Positions 52,321 to 61,630 of a DNA stretch of 61,630 nucleotides are shown piece by piece. Positions within the stretch are counted from its first letter, which is position 1, and each line of letters opens with the position of its first letter. Origin of the DNA: Octopus bimaculoides (Eukaryota). Below the pieces are notes generated by a model that saw nothing but the letters and a program-made list of their open reading frames with translations, did not search any database and was not told where the DNA came from. The stretch covers positions 16,384,892 through 16,446,521 of the forward strand of contig NC_068997.1 in the NCBI RefSeq assembly GCF_001194135.2. Reading direction: 5' to 3'. Made by a program: the position numbers and the translations under genes.

Positions 52321-52949
52321 GTGTGCAAATGTGTGAGTTTGCTGTTTGAATGTATATGTAAATATCTGCAGAACTATATTTCAGGCGGTACACGCAGATA
52401 AACTGGTGTAACATTTTTCTATCTTTCATTCTTAACCTACCTGCAAAAAAACATGACATTTGTTGCTCTTCTCTGAAATAAAAAACAGAAAAGATGAAAA
52501 AAAAATAACAATAATAATAATAATAACGCAACTTAGTCTATTGTTTAAATTTAATTTCTTTCCATTTTTTTTTCTGTATATATTTTCTTTCTCTTCCTTT
52601 TTTTTTTATTTGAAGTTGATGCTCCTTTCAGCATTACTCAGTTTCACTATGAACCACAGGAAACATTGAGTACTAACAAGAAGCTTTAGCTTCAAATAAA
52701 AATATACAAGCTCTATTTCACATATTGAATGCATTTTTCTTCATATTTTTAGTTCAACATACATAGTTATGCAATTTATGTATAGATGTATTTGTGAGTG
52801 TATATGGGAAGACGATTTGGTCAAGCATTATGGGTCAAGATGAAAAGGAATGGTTCTATCAAGACAAAACTGGAAGCGCATTGTGAACGATGGTGTATAA
52901 CAACATTTGATGGCTTAGTCGATACTGTGAGATATTAGATTCGTTTTAC

Positions 52950-53070
52950 AAACGTGTGGTTTTGGACTCTGTGCAGTAACATGAACGAAGAAAGTGTCTT
53001 CTACTGAAGCATTGGGCCAACCAAAGCCTTGGGAGTGGATTTGGTAGGCAACAATTGAAACAAGTCTCTT
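52950..53070 (+). mobile_element. Degenerate SINE family 1 fragment
   Basis: aagtgtcttctactgaagcattgggccaaccaaagccttgggagtggatttggtagg matches the core of the other copies. Confidence 0.65.
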
Positions 53071-54356
53071 GTATTATGAGTTTTATGTGTTTACGCCTCT
53101 TTGTTTTGACATCATATGAGAATTGTTCGCAAAAGTGACCGTAATGCACGTGGTGTTATTCCTTTGCAATCTTCAGAGAAATCTTGTTAGGCTATGGTAC
53201 TCTACATGTGGAAAGAACCAAAGGAAATATCATCCTTTCTTGGAAACAAGGATGGAGAGAAATAGATACTAAAACAGCAATGATGATGATGATGACATTG
53301 ATATATGCTTTTTTATGTATACATACGTTATATGTATATAATGTATGTATATATATACATACACATGAATGTATGCATTAATTTATATGTATGTGTCCAC
53401 ACATATGCACATTCCAAAACGTGTGTGTGGATTTCACTATATGTATATGCATGTTTGTTTCTATGTGTACATGTGTTTGTATCTGTGTGACCGTATATAA
53501 CTCTACATGCATGCTTTGGTGCTTGGAGCAGAGGTACGTAACCCATTTTCTCTTGAGGAGATTTCAAAGCAGTACACCTAGCACATGTCATATTTTCATG
53601 TTACGTACTTCATGTATGTATGTTCCAGTAAATGTGTGCTTGTATGTGTGTGTGTGTGTTGAGAGAAAGTGACTGAGTAAGATAATTTTCATCATAATCA
53701 TCATTTTGCATTTGCTTTTCATTCTGACATGAGTAGGATAGGCTGATCCCCATTCAAATCAGTTCTTACGCAGAGAATTGCCTTCATAGACTGTTATGAG
53801 GAATATGCTTCTGTCATAGACTTCATTTTGTTCTAGTTTCTTGGGTCTGATACCCTTCCTAACAATAACTACTTCACAGCATGCTGAGCGAAGTTTATTG
53901 TGGCACTAACACTAAAGAAGTCGCCTTATTTTCTGTAAGGCTAAAGAGTTCCATTCTATTCGACCTTGTTTCTGTTTGTTTAAGTCAAACGTGACCGAGA
54001 TGGTGTGCAGAAGAGCAATGTAGTAACGAAGAAGATGGTGGACGCAAGAGAGATGATGAGGAATAACAAGAATAAGAGCGTGATAGGTAGGTGCATATTG
54101 GTTTCTAGTTAAGATATTGAATAGTAAAACAGCTCGATGGGAGTGAGAAGGAGCGATAAAAGAAGATTGAAATGAGAAATGTCTCAAAGTGTGACAGGAG
54201 CAGGAAGAATGTGTAAAAGAGAGAGTTAGAAACTAATAGTGAGTGATATATGTTAATAAAGAGTTACGTGGAAAGAGTATGATGACTAGCGGTAAAGAAT
54301 GGTGGCAGGTGTCGAAGACTTCGGTTAGAGACTGTGCTGTATCTCATTATACATGT

Positions 54357-55160
54357 ATCTAGCTGTCACAAATATTCCACATTAAAACCCACGTCTTGCT
54401 ACTGAACAGCATCGCACTTCGTAAAAATGTACAAGTCAATCTGCTTCTTATCCCAAAAATAGAAACTCTTGGTTGCCAACAGAGATAATAACTCCTTGTA
54501 CTCTTTTGCAACCAATTCTTATTCAGGTACAAGGTCCGAAATTTTGGAGGGAGGGAGGGCCAAGTCAATTAGCTCTACTCCACTACGCAACTGGTACTTA
54601 ATTTATCAACCCCGTGAGGATGAAAGGCAAAGTCGGCATCGGCGGAATTTGAACTCAGAACATGAAGACAGACGAAATACCGCTAAGCATTTCGTCCGGC
54701 GTGCTAACGTTTCTGCCAGCTCGCCGCCCAACTTCCTCTGCTTATTAGATGACCCAACTAACATAGACTATCAACTATCTCTGGAGTTTCTTCTCATTTG
54801 AAGGAATTTGTTTGACAAGTACTCCTATGCGTCTAATACACACCAAGTCAATCTTCCAATCTGATTGTGATTCAACATGTGTGCCCGTAGTCTACATTGA
54901 ACACACAGTAATTAATTTCTGCCTATTCCTTTTCTTCACACCAGACATGTTCATTTGGCTGATGGCGGCATGTACCTGTGTTCTTTTCTATTTAATAAAA
55001 CTTCAATCTTTGCCAAGTTTACTTTGAGGCCTGTCGATTCCAGGTTTCTGCTTCCGTATTTGGAATTTATTCACCAACTCTTCTACAAATTCAACTACAA
55101 GAACTAGGTCATCGGTACCGAGGAATTCCGTTTATGGTTTGTCAACAAGCAAAAGGGTTG
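54357..55160 (-). mobile_element. Decayed RTE-clade non-LTR retrotransposon fragment: RT C-terminal region, interrupted by a SINE
   Basis: Minus-strand translation, with frameshifts and stops: FLGTDDLVLVVEFVEELVNKFQIRKQ..LESTGLKVNLAKIEVL..RKGIGRN.LLCVQC...EIVDSLC.LGHLISRG [SINE] ...ELLSLLATKS...RSAMLFSSKTWV. This parallels the RTE pattern LLYADDL..GLKVN..KT..VVDSF.YLG..FRELLPLL..MLHGSETW. The YADD-equivalent lies at 55108-55119. Confidence 0.75.
54514..54728 (-). mobile_element. SINE family 2 copy inserted inside an RTE LINE remnant
   Basis: Reverse complement matches 61396-61588 (ggcggcgagctggcagaaacgttagcacgccggacgaaatgcttagcggtatttcg...). Confidence 0.8.
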
Positions 55161-56668
55161 CATATTCAATCCTGCATGTTAAATTCGTTGCTGAGTGCTC
55201 CCTCCGTGTATGATATTGTATAGGAATAAGACCATAAATATAATGAGTTGGCAATGGGAATGCATGTTTCATGACCTCCCTCAAATAGGAGTTTCTGGGG
55301 ATTGACATCAGGTTCTGGCTTCTCGGCACATCAGCGGCATGCATATGGAGAGAACCGACAGAATTAGCGGACAAGTGGCTCTCAACTGACGCCCTACATT
55401 CTCAAACAAGGTAAGCGTATACTAAGGTATTGCAAATTTTATTACGTCTGAAAAAGAAGACGGTGGTCGTGACAGGAATTTCTTAGATCATAGAACTGCT
55501 CAATTGTAGCTGACCTATGGCTCAACAGGATAATCACGTCAGTCTCGAAGGATCTGGAACATTTCTACCACATCAAAATTCAGCAACATCTAACTGGTCG
55601 CACATGAAAACCCAGCTGTAATACGCCTCATGTCATGGTCTTTTCAGTGTTGTATAACTTGTGTATAGAAATAGATGTAAGACTGCTGCTACTGACTGTA
55701 GAGCTCCACAAGGATTAGCATCATCCCGTGTGCTTCCAGTCTAATGCTTAAAGCAACTGCCATACCTACTTATAAAACTGGTTAGAACAGAGAACAAATG
55801 TAGGAAAATTATGATAAACACAAGTATATATCTTTTACTCCTACTACGTTCGTTTCACTATTTTGGTTATTTGGAACTGCATTGGGCATTCCAAGTGCAA
55901 TAGGATGCTTATCTACAACGCAAAATTTTATAATGTATTGCTAGAGAGAGCTAAAGCCAATATGTATGTATGTATATATATATATATATNNNNNNNNNNN
56001 NNNNNNNNNNNNNNNNNNNNNNNNNNNNNNNNNNNNNNNNNNNNNNNNNNNNNNNNNNNNNNNNNNNNNNNNNNNNNNNNNNNNNNNNNNNNNNNNNNNN
56101 NNNNNNNNNNNNNNNNNNNNNNNNNNNNNNNNNNNNNNNNNNNNNNNNNNNNNNNNNNNNNNNNNNNNNNNNNNNNNNNNNNNNNNNNNNNNNNNNNNNN
56201 NNNNNNNNNNNNNNNNNNNNNNNNNNNNNNNNNNNNNNNNNNNNNNNNNNNNNNNNNNNNNNNNNNNNNNNNNNNNNNNNNNNNNNNNNNNNNNNNNNNN
56301 NNNNNNNNNNNNNNNNNNNNNNNNNNNNNNNNNNNNNNNNNNNNNNNNNNNNNNNNNNNNNNNNNNNNNNNNNNNNNNNNNNNNNNNNNNNNNNNNNNNN
56401 NNNNNNNNNNNNNNNNNNNNNNNNNNNNNNNNNNNNNNNNNNNNNNNNNNNNNNNNNNNNNNNNNNNNNNNNNNNNNNNNNNNNNNNNNNNNNNNNNNNN
56501 NNNNNNNNNNNNNNNNNNNNNNNNNNNNNNNNNNNNNNNNNNNNNNNNNNNNNNNNNNNNNNNNNNNNNNNNNNNNNNNNNNNNNNNNNNNNNNNNNNNN
56601 NNNNNNNNNNNNNNNNNNNNNNNNNNNNNNNNNNNNNNNNNNNNNNNNNNNNNNNNNNNNNNNNNNNN

Positions 56669-57548
56669 GTTAAAATTTACATAAGTAAATATCTGCAGGA
56701 TCGTCAGCGTAGTCCGTCGATTCGCAATGCAATTTCCAGAACTAGACACAAGACGTCCACCCGAAAGGTTAATCGTTTTTATTTAGTATTTTTTCATTTG
56801 TCTTGCCCTTTTACAATCTGTTGTGTCGCTGAATTTTTACTGAGAACATATATTATTTTTCGTGGTTAGATGATTCGGCATCTATTTCTAGCATATAGGA
56901 GTCCACTTTTGCTGGTCATTCCTCTTATTTTTATATGTAATATAATTTTAACCTTCGGATTTTTTTAATATGCTAGACCACTGGTTTTAATTGATTAATA
57001 TCAATTTCTACCCCCATTAATAAATTTTGTATAATAATGTTCTCATACCGGTAAATTAGCTACAAAAATTTATTAACTGCAGAATTATTTCCGGAATTAG
57101 CGCGCCAGATTGAAGACATTTGAAATGATATACTGAATGTAATTCGTAGAACTTTACCTGTGCCCCCTTTCGGCTGGACGTCTTGTGTCTAGTTCTGGAA
57201 ATTGCATTGCGAATCGACGGACTACGCTAACGATCCTGCAGATATTTACTTATGTAAATTTTAACAGGTGAAACCATGGTACGTAGGTTAATCGTTTTTT
57301 TATTTAGTATTTTTTCATTTGTCTTGCCCTTTTACAATCTGTTGTGTCGCTGAATTTTTACTGAGAGCATATATATTTTTTCGTGGTTAGATGATTCGGC
57401 ATGTATTTCTAGTATATAGGAGACCACTTTTGCTGGTCATTCCTCTTATTTTTGTATGTAATATAATTTTAATCTTCGATTTTTTTAATATGCTAGACCA
57501 CTGGTTTTAATTGATTAATATCAATTTCTACCCTCATTAATAAATTTT
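56669..57548. repeat. Composite repeat: 100-bp inverted pair (56669-56768 / 57166-57265) plus about 260-bp direct pair (56769-57028 / 57288-57548)
   Basis: Direct comparison: the inverted arms differ at 2 positions that I could see; the direct copies differ by scattered substitutions. Confidence 0.9.
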
Positions 57549-58228
57549 ATATATATATATATACATACATATATAGCATATATATATACGTATATACATA
57601 CACACATATATATGCATATATACATATACATACACGTGTACATTATATATATATTATACGTATATATATATATATATATATATATACGTTTGGGCTCGAT
57701 ATATAAAGTATACGTATATACATTTTAATATATATAGGGATATATAGAGAGAAATAAAAACTGCAAATATTCAGATGAACACTTATGTAATAAGGATATA
57801 GATATTTATATATTGACAATAAATACATATATATGGAGTACAAAAAATACAGAAAACGAAGGGGAAAAGGCATAATATTTGAAGTCCGAAAGCTGTTTCT
57901 GGGTGTTTGGAATTATGCAATCGTTGTAATGCTCCTAATATGCAGATGGAGTGAACAAGAATTCAAGGATATGCAACCAATAGAAGATGCATATAAACAT
58001 TACCGTAACACCGGCCTCTTTCGTCTGGATGGAAAGATCGGCAAACAGCAGTTCACTTCATAATGCGAGAATTTTTAAGGGTAGAATGTATGAATGTGTG
58101 TAGACATATTTTTACATATCGCCATATAGCTAATTCTAGGCTGTCTTAATATGGTAAACATAAAATAATGTTGAACAACTGAATTTGAAGAAAAAAACAA
58201 GTGACTGTAACTTAAATATAAATTCCAA

Positions 58229-58352
58229 TCAAAATGGGCAAGGGAGGTAACTCCTAAATTTCAATTGACCGAAAATATATGAAGGAGTAAGCGTATCTCC
58301 TTTTAATTTGTGGTTTACTGAAATTCCGGAGTTATCCCCCTTCCTCCTTTTG
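58229..58352. mobile_element. MITE-like or hairpin element with about 37-bp imperfect terminal inverted repeats
   Basis: tcaaaatgggcaagggaggtaactcctaaatttcaat versus the reverse complement of the right arm, tcaaaaggaggaaggggataactccggaatttcagta; an internal aaggag...ctcctt stem. Confidence 0.5.
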
Positions 58353-60208
58353 AGAGGAATTTTTATTTACGTTAATGGGTATTCTTTTCATTATTCTTGT
58401 GAATTCAGTTGGTTAAATGAATCTTTCTTTCACACATTTAAAGTATGGTAACCGACAGGGATCTATATGTATGTATATACTTTCGATGTTTGTTCTACAT
58501 CGAGTTATAGATTCTCCCTTATTACTATTAGAAATACTGAGAACCAATGATTACATCCACCGGAGTCCTAAAACCGACGACTCTGTTCGTCACAAAGTAT
58601 AGCAAAACGAATAAATATATAAATAAATGTACTGTCTGACGATGAGGCTTGATAGTTCATGACAAACTACCATCGTTGAGTAGTGTCCATTGTCATAACA
58701 CCTTATAGTTAACTGACCAAGTCCAACTAACTGTAAAAAGGTACGACCCGTTGTTGAAGGGAAATCGCTGGTTATGTTTTGGCGCTAAGTCTAATTTGAG
58801 CAAGCAAGGAAGCTTCTATATGGTCGCTCGACGGGGTATGTTGCCTACCTGCCACCAGAGCAGCATCATTTGAAAGTTAGAAGAATGCGAGGAAATGCAA
58901 TGTGACCAGTGATGTATAATATCGTCCAAAAGTCCGGTCGACACTGATACAACGATGCTTGACATGTTTGAATGTAATTTAAACTATTGTATATTGTCAC
59001 TCTGTGATTCTTCTAATTTAATGTCAACATGAGCTGCATTTACCTTAATAATGCAAATAATGATACAACCAACTGTCAGCTTATTTATGCGTTGGTGTCT
59101 AAAATTAACTGTTTTTGAGTTTCATAGGTCCTCCGCCTTGTATTCGTTGTAAGTAGTGAATCTAGAATCCTTTAAGTGTGTAATTAACGCTAACTGCAAT
59201 CAAAAGATGAATGAATCATGCTATTATTAATCTCTAGCACCAACGATACATATGTGAAGATGTAGAAAGTGAACAGCTCTTTATTATCTCTGTGGAACAC
59301 CTCTACTAAGCTAGGTTACTTATTTCTAGGAAGTCACCAAAACAAACTCTCAGACATTGTACAAACACTTAAAATGTTCAGCATACAAACACAGCTTATA
59401 GTAGCTATGATCGGAAACTGCACGACTCGCGACGCCCTAAATTAACTATGAACATCTCGAGATTTCCAATGAAAGCAGTAATGACCTCTTTGCAAGATAT
59501 AAGATTACAGTATTTTCCATGTAACCGCTTGTTCACGAAACTAAGCTTTTCAAATATACCTCAGAGGTAAAATATATTACACCTGACCAGAACCAAACTG
59601 TTCAGCAAACTGCTTACTATTCAGAAACAACACAATACTATCCTAAGCTTCCACAAAGCGACGAAGACAATTACCTTTTGTTAACCATCACATCTTTGTA
59701 TGCATCAGTAGGCGTTCAGACTTCGTTAGTTTTGTCATAAAATGCTCAAAGAAGACCATATTGAAGTGGTGCATCTCATTTCATAAGGTTAATGGCTTTT
59801 TATTCATTTATTTATTTATTTATTTATTTTACAATAACAAGGGAATTGCTTTGTAAGCGAATTGTTTTGCAGCCAAATGCTGAGAAAGGACCATGCAGTG
59901 TATAGGGGGAAAAAACACAAACACTTTTAGCACTGAATTAAAAAAAAAAAACTAATGAATCCTTTATACGTACGTACCAGGAGGGCGACACCGAATTCAG
60001 ATAAATCTCAACTTTTAAAAAAATTGTTTCATCTTTGGTGTCTGTCTTTAAGCAAAAAAGCACTTTCTTTCAGGGTTGATCGCTATCTAAACCAAAGATT
60101 CTCAAACTTGTTGGGCCACCGCCCTACTCATGGCCACATAATATCCTCAGCGTCCCACTCGTATTTTTATGTATAAATAGATATTTTATATTTTATTAAC
60201 TTATATAT

Positions 60209-60355
60209 AGGTGCAGGAGTGGCTGTGTGGTAAGTAGCTTGCTTACCAACCACATGGTTCCGGGTTCAGTCCTACTGCGTGGCACCTTGGGCAAGTGTCT
60301 TCTACAATAGCCTCGGGCCGAGGATTTGGTAGACGGAAACTGAAGGAAGCCCGTC

Positions 60356-60405
<50 letters not shown>

Positions 60406-60600
60406 TTGTGTGTCTGTGTTTGTCCCCCCACCATCGCTTGACAACCGATGCTGGTGTGTTTACGTCCCCGTAACTTTGCGATTCGGCAAAAAGAGACCGA
60501 TAAAATAAGTACTAGGCTTTCAAAGAATAAGTCCTGGGGTCGATTTTCTCGACTAAAGGTGGTGCTCCAGCATGGCCGCAGTCTGAAACAAGTAAAAGAG
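60209..60600 (+). mobile_element. Near full-length tRNA-derived SINE (family 1) with an internal (TA)n/(TG)n tract
   Basis: A-box-like TGGCTGTGTGG and B-box-like GGTTCAGTCC. Long matches to other copies in the window at 33876-34225, 60935-61147 and 52950-53070. Resembles an abundant octopus SINE (recall). Confidence 0.85.
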
Positions 60601-60934
60601 TATACTATGAATCATTTGATATTTTATACAATACTATAATAATATTATAACTTCATAGTGTTCCTTAATCCACTGCTTTCCTCCCGACGCCTCCTCTTTC
60701 TATACCGTCCCACCTTCACTCATCCCTAAGGCAACAGCGCCCACCTGGACCGTCTCAACGCTCACCGAGGGGCGGTAGCACCCACCTTGAGAACCTATGA
60801 TCTAAACCACCAAAAGAGTGTTTTGTTACTGCTCAAAATGCATTTTTTGATTTACATTGCAAGCTGCTTCGTTTGCAATTATTCATCCAGTTGTTTTTGT
60901 TTCTTTCTCCCTCATCTTGAACATATATCGATAC

Positions 60935-61147
60935 TGATAAATCAGTATCACAAAGTACTGGTTGTCAAGTGGTGGTGAGGTACATACACAAACAAACACA
61001 CACACACACATAGATATATACAAATATATATACAACGAGCTTCTTTCAGTTTCCGCCTACCAAATCCACTTACAAGGCTTGAGTCGGCCCTTGACTGTGG
61101 TAGAAGACACTTGTCCAAGGTGTCACATAGCCACGCCTGCGCCTATT
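60935..61147 (-). mobile_element. Degenerate SINE family 1 copy, antisense, with the B-box region deleted
   Basis: Reverse complement reads ataggcgcaggcgtggctatgtg|acaccttggacaagtgtcttcta...gtggatttggtaggcggaaactgaaagaagc, matching 60209-60355 minus about 50 nt. Confidence 0.75.
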
Positions 61148-61395
61148 TCTAACTATAGTGTCCAGAGCCCTAGACACAAGGCTTCATAATGACGATAATG
61201 GTATATTATCGATACCTACACTCTTAACTATTAAATAGTTATCTACGATTGTTATCACTATAAACTGAATTAAAACTCAGACAACGAAGATGCCTCCACG
61301 CAGTTGCTTGACCAGTATTTTAAAAAAATCTCAATTAAATATTCCTCAAATACTCATACTATCGGCTTAGAAATAATTTAATATAGACTATAAAG

Positions 61396-61588
61396 AAGGC
61401 GGTGAGCTAGCAGAAACGTTAGCACGCCGGGTGAAATGCTTAGCGGTATTTCGTTTGTCTTTACGTTCTGAGTTCAAATTCCGCCGAGGTCGACTTTGCC
61501 TGTCATCCTTTCGGGGTCAATAAATTAAGTACCAGTCGACTGGCTCCTTCCCCCAAAATTTCGAGCCTTGTCCCTAGAGTAGAAAGGA
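61396..61588 (+). mobile_element. SINE family 2 copy (ggcggtgagctagcagaaacgttagcacgccgg...)
   Basis: B-box-like GAGTTCAAATTCC; high identity to the reverse complement of 54514-54728. Confidence 0.8.
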
Positions 61589-61630
61589 ATATAATAGAAA
61601 AGAATAAAAAAAGACATAATATGCGAGAAA

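Noticed and set aside
48071-52669. Many YI/CV/HT-repeat ORFs downstream of the gene
   Set aside because: Translations of (TA)n, (TG)n and (CA)n microsatellites.
60085-60130. hAT-like terminus (caaagattctcaaacttgttgggcc)
   Set aside because: Only a vague resemblance to hAT TIRs, with no partner inverted end or TSD found.
60209-60290. tRNA gene
   Set aside because: A- and B-box-like motifs are present, but there is no cloverleaf and the sequence continues into a multi-copy SINE body.

Overview
AT-rich, microsatellite-dense animal genomic DNA with 13 N-gaps, most of them flanked by simple repeats. The repeat families and repeat load point to an octopus (inferred, not proven). The window holds the 3' part of one + strand gene, a ZFHX3/ZFHX4/zfh2-type zinc-finger homeobox transcription factor. 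Four GT-AG coding exons are visible: 28820-29665, 37283-43789, 45267-45431 and 46653-47344 (stop). All junctions are phase 1, and together they encode about 2735 aa with 4 homeodomains and about 17 C2H2/C2HC fingers. The N-terminal exons appear to lie upstream of the window, so positions 1-28819 are probably one very long intron. The rest is tRNA-derived SINEs, RTE-LINE remnants, simple repeats and haplotype or assembly duplications at gaps. The best leads, all hypotheses, are: a candidate recursive splice site (AG|GT) at 17009/17010 that shares a 13-mer with the real exon acceptor at 28819/28820; a PLDLS CtBP motif; possible intron-exon dsRNA pairing relevant to A-to-I editing; and an inverted-plus-direct repeat rearrangement at 56.7-57.5 kb. 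Almost all short ORFs in the supplied track are artefacts of microsatellites or gaps.
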